From Selaginella moellendorffii (taxonomy: Eukaryota > Plantae > Lycopodiophyta), in contig NW_003314268.1 of NCBI RefSeq assembly GCF_000143415.4, positions 2,372,494 to 2,436,493 of the forward strand: a stretch of 64,000 bases of DNA, written 5' to 3'. Position 1 is the stretch's first letter; the number at the start of each line of letters is the position of its first letter. Both the position numbers and the translations under genes were made by a program. The notes under the pieces were generated by a model that had not been told where the DNA came from, did no database searches, and saw only the letters and a program-made list of their open reading frames with translations. Shown in pieces: positions 1 through 11,102 of the stretch.

Positions 1-708
1 GGAAACTCTAAAAGATTACAGAGAACCAGATCCAGACGACAATGATCCAGGAGACAATAAAAGAACTAAACTTCCAGAAGATCCCAAAGAACCGGATCCA
101 GACGATGGTCTCAGGCATGGAAGTCCGTTTCAGAAAGACGTGGAAGTGATGGAGATGGGAGAACTGGACATGGAGATCAAACGAATCAATGCCGCAGCAG
201 CTGCTGCTAGTTCCCGGCTCGAGGACTCGATCGCGATGCTTACTCGTCAGGCTACTCCCTTGGAAGCGGCCATGGCTTTCCAAACTCTTGTGAAAATCTT
301 AAGGTGAGGTTTAGCTTTGGTTTCTCATTTGTTTCCTCACTGTGCTCTTGCTTGTTCAGTAACGTCATGGAGCATCCAAACGAGGAGAAGTTTCGGCGTA
401 TAAAGAAGGCGAGTGAATGAAAGCGATACTTTCTTCGTTTTTGTTGCTAACGTATGTTGTTCCATGGCAGAACAATCCCGTCTTCCAGGAGCGTGTTGCA
501 AAGTTTGCTGGTAATCAGTCTAAAGCTTGTGTAGTCTTCGAGTGTCCTTATTTTTGTTTTTACAGGAGCGATTGAGCTGCTTAAAATGGTTGGATTTGCC
601 GAAGAAGCAGCGATGTCAAGCTTTGTGCTCAAGACCAATGATCCTGGATTGCTGTGGCTGGCACGCTCTCTCGTGACGAGCGCGCTTGGCTCTTACGTAC
701 ATGGCTAG
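1..708 (+). CDS. 3' part of a PUB-domain protein, probably the UBL-WLM-PUB metalloprotease family (WSS1B-like); 5' end lies outside the window
   Basis: Spliced manual translation gives EPDPDD repeats, then the PUB motif FQTLVKILSNVMEHPNEEKFRRIKKNNPVFQERVAKFAGAIELLKMVGF and C-terminal TNDPGLLWLARS. Stop TAG is at 706-708. One GC-AG intron lies at 409-470. Confidence 0.75.
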
Positions 709-812
709 CGAGCGAAAATAACAACAGGAAAGAAGAAGCATTCTAGCACACCTGGAAGGATGATATTCTCTTCGCCTGTAAATTTTTACAATACGAGAGT
801 GCGTTGTTCGTC

Positions 813-2662
813 TCAAGCGGAGGACTCCACGGCCTTTCCAGCGCTTTGATGCGACCAGGCGTCCAGTTGCGATGCCAAAACCTTCCAAGCCTCGGCTGTG
901 TCGTTGGCTAGCTGGGCCTGGCCGCGAGCAAACTCGTGAAAGACGGCACCCAAGTCTCGAGTCTTTTCTTCCTGGAACCTCACCATTTCCTGCTGCATCA
1001 CCTTGACGATCTCTTCGTAGCGCTTGTTTGCTTCGTCACTTTGAAGTTTCGTCTGTGAAGCAAAGTGTCATTCGTGCAAGACAACAACGATCGATGCGAA
1101 CATACCTCTCTGTAGTCGATCTCGGCCTCCCCTACTTTGTCAGGCCGCACTACTCTTAGCTTTTCCCTGAGAAGACGAGGAAGCTGGATAAGTTGACTGG
1201 AAATACAGAGCATGGCTCACTTACAGGTTGATCTCTTTCAGCTTTGATGCTTCAAAGAGCTCACGTTGTTGCCTGAAGGCTTGCGCTCTATCACTCAGCA
1301 CCGCCTACACAAGAAACACCCATTTAGCATTCTTTTTTAGAAAAGACGTTAGCTTACCTTGATGGACTGGACGGTTCGGACGTACTCTTTGAGCGGCTCC
1401 TCAAAGTTCATGAGCAGATCTTGCGCCTGGATGAAATGACCGATAAGCATTTCACAAGGAGATATGGAAAGCAGAATACCTGTTTTTGTAGCTTGTAGGA
1501 AAGTAACTCCGCACGGTTGCCAAGTTCTCCGAAGGCTTTGCCAAGAAGTCCCGTTTCACAGCCTCCAAGGGACTTCACCGATTTGCCAAACTCAGCCAAG
1601 GCTTGTCCCAACTCTAAAGTGAAAGTAAGTTAAGAGAGGATATCACGATGAAAATAAAATTGCCGACCGCTATGACGCTTCACCAGACGATACGACTGCT
1701 TCTGTGCCTCGCCAAGATGATCTTCAAGTTCTGTGACATAGTGCTTGACCTTTTCATACTCCTCGCTCGTCTCTTCCAGGGGTTTTTCTTTACCCAACAC
1801 AACGTCCGTGACTTTGGATTGTACATCCTGTTGAAACCATAACAATGAGGACGGCATGTAAAACCAGAACTTGGCAGCTCTACCTTGAATATTTGCATGA
1901 AATCGCTGGGTTTCTTTTTGAAAACCCCCTCAGCTGTTCTTGATTTCTCAACAACCTGGAACATAGAATTACTGCACTGCATAGAAATCTAGCAAACTCA
2001 CTAACCCAACTGTCTTCATCGGCTTGCAGAAAGCTTTTCAAGTCGTCACTTTGACGAAGAATCGGATGTGCAGCAATCCGATTCAGAAACACGTCTAGAG
2101 CTCTTCGTCTGACCTCGATAAACTCGGCGCTAAATCGAAACTTCTCTGCACAGTCAAACAAAGTGTAAGCAAGAAAGAGCAAAAGAAAAATACTTTCTTG
2201 CTCACTCACCTACTGCACTTTTCTCTGGAAGCGGAGGAATGATAATGCCCTTGTATCTCTCAGTTAATCGCTCGTGTAGCCACACAAAATCGCTGTATCT
2301 ACGAATGACAATCTTCTCCAAGCCCCGATACTCTTGCATGTTAGTCTGAAAGGAAAAAAGAAAGAAAAAGATGAAAAGCTCTCCGGGAAGAACACATAAC
2401 AAGCTTAAAACTCACACACCTTGGTGCTGACCCGATAAGAAATGTAGGCTTGTACATTGTTACCGAGCTTCACCGGATCGGTGACAGAGATGGATAGAAA
2501 TGGCTGCTCCGGAGCTGGCGAATTAGGGCTAGAGGGGATGCCGGCGCTGCGCTGCTGGAAAATTGAAGCAAAAACCCTCAGATCACCAGTGATGGAAGAG
2601 ATTTGGAGAGAAATCTAGCCTGGAATCGAAATTTGGGATCGATGGCTTACTCTGGAGACCAT
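813..2662 (-). CDS. SNX1: Sorting nexin 1 (PX + BAR/Vps5 domains), multi-exon
   Basis: PX motif VIRRYSDFVWLHERL...IIIPPLPEKS, then EFIEVRRRALDVFLNRIAAHP and C-terminal MQQEMVRFQEEKTRDLG. ATG at 2662 is followed by a GTAAG donor. Confidence 0.93.
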
Positions 2663-2798
2663 GGCGCTCCTCGATGCGTCAAAATTTCCACGAGCTGATC
2701 AAATAACCCTCGTCTAAACCTTATAAAACTGGATATACCTTCTTTCAACTGGATGGAGGATATACCGAGTGGCGCATTTTAGGGTTTATGGATCCGGG

Positions 2799-4988
2799 AT
2801 GGAGAAATCTATCGCGGTCTGTCACAGCGCTCGCGATCAGGGAGTGAATCCCGGCGTGGGAGCCGTCCTGGCAGCGATCAAGGCATGCAAGCGCTCCAGG
2901 GACCTGGAATCAGGTAGGATGATCCACAGGGACGCGGCCAAGAACGGGGATTTGGACGCGCACCCGGCCATCGCGAGCTCGCTGATCGATATGTACGCGA
3001 AATGCGGCAGCGGGATGGAGGCTCGCGGCGTCTTCGAGAGCATCCGGCAGCGCGACGTGGTTTCTTGGAACTGCATCATCCAGGGACTGGCGCTCAATGG
3101 CGATGGTGATGCCGCGCTGGGATATTTCGATCGGTTTTTCCAGGAAGGGGGAGGCAGTGATTTGTCGTGCCGTCCGGATCATGTCACATTTCTTGCGGCG
3201 CTCAAGGCTTGCTCGAGCTTGATCGAGCGATCCAGGGGCCGTGGTGTCGACTCCAGAGCTAGATTCTTGGCTAGAATCCGGGACATCCACGCTCGGGCTG
3301 CCAGATTCGGGGAACTCTCAGAAATATTTCTGGCCAGTTCTTTGACGGATTCTTACGCCAAGTGTGGGAGCTTGGTGGACGCCCAGCTCGTCTTCGAGAG
3401 CATGGATTCCAGGAATGCAGTCTCTTGGACTGCGGTGATCTTGGGATTTGCCGAGACCGGGCAAGCAGACTTGGCGCTGGAGTTCTACGCTGCCATGCAA
3501 GAAGAAGGCTGCGATCCCGACCGGGTCACGGTTCTCGCAGCGTTAAAAGCTTGCGCTTCTTTGGGAGAATCAAGTGAGCAGTGGAGGAGTTCTCTCGGTG
3601 GTTGTCTAAGAAGAGGCAAACAAGTGCATGGTCAAGCACTAAAAGGTGGCTACGAGCTGGAAAAATTCGTGGGAAACGCCTTGGTGGACATGTACTCGAA
3701 GTGTGGAAGTATGGAGGATGCAAGGCGGGTGTTCGACGCTTTGAGGAAACCAAGCGTGGTTTCGTGGAGCTCGTTGATTCTGGGCTACGCACGGTGCGGG
3801 CAAGGCGAGCTCAGTTTGGATTTATACTCGAGAATGCGAGGTGACGGATACGTGCCAAATGCCGTGACTTATCTAGCTGCGCTCAAGGCTTGCGTGAGCT
3901 TGGCCGAGAGAGCAAGTGGTGATGGTGGTGACAGTAGCAAGCCGGTTCATGGGCGAGAGTCCGAGGACAAGGTGCTCAAGAGGAAGTGGCTCGAGATTGG
4001 TAGAGGTATTCACTCGCAAGCTGCCGCAGATGGTCTCGGACGGGACCTCTTCGTGTCAAATGCTCTCGTCGACATGTACGCGAAGTGTGGGAGTGTGGAG
4101 GAAGCACGACGTGTTTTTGACGGCATGACGGATCGTGATTCGGTCTCGTGGACAGCGATTATTCAGAGCTACGTCCAGGTCGGGGAAAGCGAGCAGGCTC
4201 TACGACTTTTTACACGCATGAGAGGAGACGGGTTTGTAGCGGACGCGGTGACATTCGTGGCTGCTCTTAAGGCCTGCGCAAGCTTGGGAGCGTTAGAGAA
4301 AGGAAGAGAGATTTATAAGGAGCTTCAGCGAGCTGGATTGGACAGGAACACCTTCGTCTGGACTTGTCTCATCGATTTTTTCGGCAAGTGCGGGAACATG
4401 GTCGAAGCTGAGCAGGTATTCTTTTCGGTTCCTAGCAACCACAAGAACTTAGTTGCCTGGAGTGCGATGATGGCAGGTTACAGCTCTCAAGGAGACACCG
4501 ACAGCGTGCTTGATTTGTTCGAGAGGATGAAGAAGCTGCGGTTGCAGCCGGACGACGTGATCTTCCTCTCGATTCTGAGCGCTTGCAGCCATGCCGGACT
4601 TATCGACAAAGGGAAGTATTTCTTCACAGTCATGAGCTCGGAGTATGGGGTTTCTCCATGCATCCAGCACTACTCGTGCATGGTTGATCTCTACGGTCGT
4701 ACTAATCAGTTGAATGATGCAGTGGCATTGGTGAGGAGCATGCCATTCGAACCAAATCATGTAATATGGACGTGTTTGCTGGATGCTTCTCAACGGTGGA
4801 AGAATGTGGAAGTCGGACAGCTTGCCTTCGAGTCCATGTTGAAGCTTGGTAATGTCGGTGCTTCGATTTATGTGACGATGGCTAACATATATGTTACTGC
4901 TGGCATGTTGGACGAAGCACTTCGAATTAGAACTATGTGCAGCGATTCCATTACACAAATGCACGAATCACGACTATTATCGACATAA
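2799..4988 (+). CDS. PLS-class pentatricopeptide repeat protein with C-terminal E domain and no DYW domain; intronless
   Basis: Repeated LVDMYAKCGS-EARRVFD-VSWTAII-PDxVTFLAALKAC triplets, and E-domain HYSCMVDLYGR...MPFEPNHVIWTCLL. The first ATG is at 2799; the ORF track starts at GTG 2769. Confidence 0.93.
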   Translation: MEKSIAVCHSARDQGVNPGVGAVLAAIKACKRSRDLESGRMIHRDAAKNGDLDAHPAIASSLIDMYAKCGSGMEARGVFESIRQRDVVSWNCIIQGLALNGDGDAALGYFDRFFQEGGGSDLSCRPDHVTFLAALKACSSLIERSRGRGVDSRARFLARIRDIHARAARFGELSEIFLASSLTDSYAKCGSLVDAQLVFESMDSRNAVSWTAVILGFAETGQADLALEFYAAMQEEGCDPDRVTVLAALKACASLGESSEQWRSSLGGCLRRGKQVHGQALKGGYELEKFVGNALVDMYSKCGSMEDARRVFDALRKPSVVSWSSLILGYARCGQGELSLDLYSRMRGDGYVPNAVTYLAALKACVSLAERASGDGGDSSKPVHGRESEDKVLKRKWLEIGRGIHSQAAADGLGRDLFVSNALVDMYAKCGSVEEARRVFDGMTDRDSVSWTAIIQSYVQVGESEQALRLFTRMRGDGFVADAVTFVAALKACASLGALEKGREIYKELQRAGLDRNTFVWTCLIDFFGKCGNMVEAEQVFFSVPSNHKNLVAWSAMMAGYSSQGDTDSVLDLFERMKKLRLQPDDVIFLSILSACSHAGLIDKGKYFFTVMSSEYGVSPCIQHYSCMVDLYGRTNQLNDAVALVRSMPFEPNHVIWTCLLDASQRWKNVEVGQLAFESMLKLGNVGASIYVTMANIYVTAGMLDEALRIRTMCSDSITQMHESRLLST

Positions 4989-6250
4989 GTCATCCAGAGA
5001 TAATCGAGATCCACGATTTGAAACAAGGTATTCTTTTTCATGGACGAGTGCCATTGCTTCCTGCCTATTGAAACTCTCCGTGAAATTGAAGTGAAATTGA
5101 TCGAAGAAAAGATACTGACTGACGTTGCTGCAGAGAGTAAATCTAGAGTCACCACACCCGACAATGGCATTATGTTGGCCACCACCACCGTAGCAAGCCT
5201 CGTGAGTTTTCTCAAATCCTGCGTACATACAATGCAATCAAAACAACTTGAAAGTAGACGGTCTCACCATATTTTCCTGGCTCTCGAAGCACGTCATACA
5301 GGAACTTATAGCGGTCGGCTATGAAGACGGTAGCTCCTTTGGTAATCGCCTCCGATTTAAACAGCGCTTTCTCCAGCTTAGCACCACTTTTCACGGTATT
5401 CTGGTTGAATGAGGTACTTCTAATCCTTTATGCTAACATCTATCATTTATTGACAAACATGTTTTTTGTTTTCTTTCTTGTGGTTTTTAGCCAATTCACC
5501 ATAGGTCTCATGTTCTCATTTTTGAAAGACAGAACATATGATCTTGAAAGAGTGAGTTCTATTTACCTCTATAACTTGGACTAACTTGTTCACCACTGGA
5601 TCAACCCAGTGGTGGATGATTTCGTCTATTGTTGCAGAGTTCGTCCTTATGAGACGATTGTAGTCATTCCCACCGCCCCCGACAACGACCAAGCTCTTCT
5701 CAAGCTCTATACCAGAGCAGTTTTTTCTGTAAGAATCGAACCACGCAGTTTCATTGTCAAACGATCCTGGCACGAGAGTGGGTACCCCCCTTTGGTGGAA
5801 GTAATCCAGGCCTAACACCGTTCTTCCAACGAAGGCAAAGTTCGTCCCGCAAGAACAGCCATGATAAGGAATTGTTGGTTTTAATCCAAGCTCTTGTGCT
5901 GCAGCGTTCATTTGGCACTGACATTTTGTTTTCTTTGCTCTAGATCGGTGTGCTACTTACCTATGAAATCCACCAGTACGCCACCGTTGGTGAATCGGCC
6001 TGTGGGACACCCGGGATTCGTGACACCATACGGACTGGGTGGCGTGCCCGGGATCGTGGATGCAAAGTTCCCAGTGTCGTCCAGGGAGTCTCCGAGAACG
6101 TACATTGCTTTGAAGCACCTAGATATCTGTGCGGAGGAGCCATTTGAGACGCGTAGCGGTGAGCAAAGATCGCATTTTTCTTGAGCTTCGATTACTAACC
6201 CGTAGCATTGTTTTACGAAAACAAGGTATACAAGAAAGCGAAATAGACGC
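4977..6250 (-). pseudogene. GDSL esterase/lipase, probably defective
   Basis: Motifs present: VLGDSLDDTGN, PTGRFTNGGVLVDFI, GTNFAFVG, GGNDY and FFDQFH. There is no in-frame ATG upstream of the signal-peptide-like GRLFRFLVYLVFV (an in-frame TAA precedes it). The central PPLGC-type block appears to be missing. Confidence 0.7.
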
Positions 6251-6539
6251 CCCTGAGGTTAGATTTCAAGCACTTTTCTGCTGATTTTTATATTGTTGCG
6301 ATGCTCATGCCTGCGGCATGTTTATATCATCCGGGGGAAGTTCCAAATGCGTGGAACATAATGGTGCCAAATCGAATGATCATTCCGAAGGTATTGTTAA
6401 ACCGAATTATCCGAAAAACACAAGGTATGTTTTTCCCTGCTTAGATTCTCACACACTTTGGCAATTTGGTTTGTTCAGTCCACACAAAGCTTTAAAAGAT
6501 TTCACATCACATACAGATTTATACAAATGGTAGACGCTT

Positions 6540-7905
6540 TCAAGCGTTGTACTGTGGTCTAGGGGAAGAATCCCAAGACCCATTCGGATTGTTCAACGCC
6601 AGCTGCAAGTTCTTCACACCTTTGTCGTAGTTGACAAACCCCATGAACCAAAACTCATGGTTGTCAACGGTGGAGAGCTGGATATACTTCTCCATGGGTT
6701 TCTGTGGATTGGTCGAGGGATTGACACTCCTCAGCTTGTCCAGAGGCATCACCAGCTGCAAAATGGACAGAGATAAGAAATGAAAGATCTAAACGAAAGA
6801 AAACCAGGGAAAATGGAAGATTTAAGAGTAAAACACTGCCATGGAAAACTAAGAAACTTGAAAGGAGGAAATGCGCGAAGGAAACCCCAAACAGAGGAAG
6901 AAACAAGCCAGGGTGAAATAAGAAACTCGAAACAAAGGAAGAAACACGCGAAGGAACCAAGAAACTCGAAACGAAGGAAGAGACTTTACCTTGTAGTAGC
7001 TCATGGCTTGCTGTCCCGGCGAGGGATAATACGTGAGCGGTCGATCGCTGGAAAACGCGATTCTACGGTTGGAGATGTAGAGAACTCCCGGCACCGGCCC
7101 CGTAGACGTGGAGAGATAGCACGCGTACGACTTTCGGAGGCGTTCGTTCTCCTCGGTACCGAAAGTTTGCTTGAAGACGTTCTCGTATCCCCCTTCCGTG
7201 AAGACCTTGGTGCCATGGCTGAGCTTCCCCCACGCGGTATCCGTCATTGAAGGACCGGCCTTCACTGTTGCAAAAGATTAAGAAGTGTGAGTTTCTTCAC
7301 TGGCAAGTAAGCTTTGAGGCTCATGGAAGATCCACCAGAAGGAACTCCAAGATCGCTGTGAACTTTAGACTCTGGAAGAACTTACAGTGATTCCATACGT
7401 TCTCGGCCATGCCCTCGGCCTTCTTTCCCCATTTGTTCAAGATCTCGAGGATAGACTCCATGGGACCTGCGATCACAAGGCTCGATCGATCCAACAAAAA
7501 AGGAAGAGATCAAACTATGAGAGATCGCTTACTCTTTCCTGGAGTGGATGGGATGGATGCTGTCTGGACGTAGGGACTTCCAGCACCGCCACCGGCTCTA
7601 TTGGGATCTCCTCCTCCTCCGCCGACCTGTGGCGAGACATAGCTTCCCGCCACTCCGGGCTCGTCAAATCCCTTCCCTTCCTTCAATTCGGGGCGCTGGG
7701 ACATGGCTGCTTGCTGATTACCCGGATGAGCGCTAGGGTTCGCTGGAGTGCCCATCACCGGCGCCTCCTCCCACTGCGTGGATTGCTTCGCTTTCTCGCC
7801 ATTGCCGGGATAGACCTGTGGATACGACACATACGGATCGCTGCCGCCACGCGATTGAGCTTGATCGTAGCTGGGAGGCTGCTGTTGCTGCTGCTGAGTC
7901 GCCAT
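6540..7905 (-). CDS. GEM-like / GRAM-domain protein (ABA-responsive family)
   Basis: GTKVFTEGGYENVFKQTF...LRKSYACYLSTSTGPVPGVLYISNRRIAFSSDRPL and EKYIQLSTVDNHEFWFMGFVNYDK. ATG at 7905 (MATQQQQQQ). Confidence 0.9.
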
Positions 7906-8013
7906 AGCTTCTATCTTCCTCTCGCGTTTCTTCTCGCCTAAAAAGCACCACTTCAAAAGAAATCGATCAATCGCAATGCCAAGGGCAAAACTATATTGTA
8001 AGAAGTGAGCATT

Positions 8014-8059
8014 ACACGTGGCTTGCGCTCCGCGTATGCACGCGTTTGCTCCACGTGTC
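8014..8059. promoter_or_regulatory. ABRE/G-box cluster in the GEM-like/GDPD divergent promoter
   Basis: ACACGTGGC at 8014-8022, CACGCGT at 8039-8045 and CCACGTGTC at 8051-8059, all about 110-155 bp upstream of the GEM-like ATG. Confidence 0.65.
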
Positions 8060-8195
8060 ACCAACACCTTTGCCCTTGCCTAGCCCTAAACATTTTGTAA
8101 ACCCTAAAAACAGAGTGCCCATATTAGGGCAAACCGAATATGGAGACTGGGATTTTATAAGAGGCCAAAACCTTAGAGAACGATTCTAGAGCGTC

Positions 8196-9612
8196 ATGGG
8201 TTCTACGATGTTTTACGTTTCTCTATTGCTGCTACTACTACTCGCGGGTTCTGATTGCCGTGTTTTTCGATTCCCTTTTCAAACGAATGAACCATATAAC
8301 ATCGCTCACCGAGGTTCTAGCGGGGAGTTTCCGGAAGAATCCGTTCTTGCATACAAGGTAAGTGTGTTCTACTCTTTTGCAGCTTTGATTGTTCTAAGTT
8401 GGTGTTTGTTTTAGCGTGCCATTGAAGAGGGGGCCGATTTTATTGAGGCTGATATAACAGCAACTAAGGATGGCAAGCTTATTTGCTTCCATGACTTGAT
8501 TTTGGACAGCGTTACCGACGTGCATGATCACCCCGAGTTTGCGAGTCGAAAGCAAACGTATGTCGTTGATGGTGTTAATGTCACTGGATACTTCGCAGGT
8601 GAGTGTGTAATCTCTACAAACTTGTGTGATCGATGTCTATTAACTTGCTTTTGTGTAGTGGACTTCACTCTGGAGGAATTAAAGTCGCTTCGCTTGATCC
8701 AACGATATCCTAATCGCGACCAATCTTACAATGGTGTAGTTTGCAAAGTTTGCAAAGTATAAGATTTGTTGATCGCATGAAATGCTGCTCCAGGTAAACT
8801 TCAAATACCAACTTTCGAGGAATTCATAGCTATTGCCTTGGTTTCACCGAAGTCGGAGAGGGTTGGAATCTACGTGGAAATTAAAAGCCCAACGTTTATC
8901 AATCACCACGTAAGTCCTCTCTTGATTAAAGGTTTTCTATTTATTGTTTTATTTTCTTCCAGGTTAAATGGACCGAGGGAAGAAAATTTGAGGATGTTTT
9001 TCTTAACATCTTGAAAAAATATGACTACAATGCAAAGTATCTCACAAAGGAGTGGCTTCACAAGCCAGTATTTATCCAATCTTTTGATCCGAGCTCTTTG
9101 ATATATCTTCACAACAAAACAAGCTCCCCGAAAATCTTATTGATCGCTCCAGATTCAATCACCTCCGATACTAAACAGGTAAGTGTTTTTTTTATTTTTT
9201 TTGAACTTACATTTCTACTGGCGTAAAACTTACAATTTCTGCATTTTTCCAGACGTATGAAGAGATAATCTCCGATGACTACCTGGATTACATTAGTAAG
9301 ATCGTTGTTGGAATCGGACCAGCTAAAGAAGCTATCGCCCCCGTGGACTCCAACAATAAACTCTTACCAGTGACCGACCTGGTTGACAAAGCTCACGCTA
9401 GAGGCCTCGAAGTTCATCCCTGGACGTTTAATCACGAGCGCAACCTCCTCCTCCCGTTTGATTACCACCAAGATCCTTATCGCGAGTATGACATGTTTGT
9501 AAACACGCTGGAAGTGGATGGAGTTTTCACGGATTCTCCAGAGAGCTTCGAGACTTATCGCCGGGAGTGGAGAATCTTCAGCAAGAGGAAGCGACCATAC
9601 AAGAATGAATGA
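8196..9612 (+). CDS. Glycerophosphodiester phosphodiesterase (GDPD5/6-like) with signal peptide
   Basis: NIAHRGSSGEFPEES, AIEEGADFIEADI, CFHD, VFIQSFDP, LEVHPWTF and VDGVFTD motifs across short GT-AG introns. Confidence 0.9.
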
Positions 9613-9637
9613 AAAGCATTTCATACCTTTGATCAAT

Positions 9638-10971
9638 TCACAATGGTTTGATTCCAAGAACTCTTCTCAATTGCTCAAAGCAAAAGAAGGTGATAACGGT
9701 GTGGGGTCCTATTCGCATCCACACCGGAACGAAGCCTTTGTATAGCCCGCGAAAGCCTTCCACCTTCACAGTCTTCCACAAGCAATCCAAAGAGGACGAG
9801 TAGAACACGCCGTCGCCCTTCGAATCCACAGCCTGCTGCATGATCCTGTCTCAAAGTATCGTCAGTAGCGAGATCGACAGAAACTTAAAACGAGGAAATA
9901 AAAGAAAGAAAAACTCCACCTTGTTCTTATGAGATCGACTGGAGAGATGGCTATGGCTGTTGCTAGTCCCGCCACCATTGACGAGATCAAATGGCAGACT
10001 ATACCTTCCCGGACAATGCCTGCGTTGAGCAGTGTGTGCTTGGTGTGATCGTAAGCCGGGACTTGGACGGCGTTTAAGATCGCGGCTCGTTGCATTGTCG
10101 GAACCACGCCTCTGTATAGTCCTTGGATGCCTTCGGTCCTGGCAATCGATGAAAAGGCATGGAGAGGGCCTTTGTAGTGCCATCCACCTGAAACGATAGC
10201 AAAGTTTATAAGTTTGAGCTCTAAAACTATTACATATAAGTTTGAGCTCTAGTACAGAAACGTTTCGTGTTCTTATATTAGTACCTTGAGATGAAGTCGG
10301 AGCTTGCATACGAACCATAACAACATCGGTAGGATTTGCGACAGCGCTACCAATTACACCTGCAAGAGATCCGGCAGTGATTTTTATCCACAAAGGCGTG
10401 TGTGATGGATTATCAGCTCCAAGCATCTAGTAGTATTACAAAGAAAAGAAAAAACACACCAAAAAAGTGGGGAGTGAGAAAGAAAAAAATAAAGTGAGGA
10501 AGAGTTGGGAGAGGAAACGTAACAACGGAACTTTAGAAAGAAAAACCGAAGAAGAAAGAGATTACCCTCTTGAGTGGCTCATAGAGTCCCATTCGAATGC
10601 TGGAATACGAGGCTTCTCTCAAAAGAGCCGCTCCAGTGCCTCGCCATAGCCCCGAGATGCCTTCTTCCTTGGACACACGCACGATTCCTTTCAGGAGTCC
10701 CTGATAGTGTCTTTCCTAGCGGAAGAACACAACATAAGTTATCACTAGTTCTAGCGTTTTAATCTCTTCTACTAGAAATTTCTAAGCGAAATCTTCTTAC
10801 CTGAGTCGCGGACAGCGCTCCATCCAGCTGCATTCGCACCTTAACAACGTTGACAGGATTCGTCACTGCCGATCCACACATATTGCTAGATCCCGCGAGC
10901 GCAAACATCGTCGCGCTCTCCCGGATCCACGGCGACAATCGAATCCCACCTCCATCCTGCGCGCTTTGCAT
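9638..10971 (-). CDS. Mitochondrial carrier family protein (UCP/KMCP1-like)
   Basis: Three carrier repeats (NPVNVVKVRMQ, NPTDVVMVRMQ, SPVDLIRTR), plus EGFRGLYKGF and RIGPHTVITF. Confidence 0.9.
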
Positions 10972-11102
10972 TTTCTAGATCCGCAGCTCCGGCCGATCGA
11001 TCGATTGATCGCGCATTTAGGAAGAGATCCACTCGATCGCGTCGTCCGCGCTACTCTAATTTAGGGTTCTTGACTCTTCCAGGATTTTAGGGCTTTTCAT
11101 CC

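Noticed and set aside
2837-4964. Antisense and alternate-frame ORFs over the PPR and other genes
   Set aside because: Shadows of GC-rich coding sequence, with no motifs of their own.
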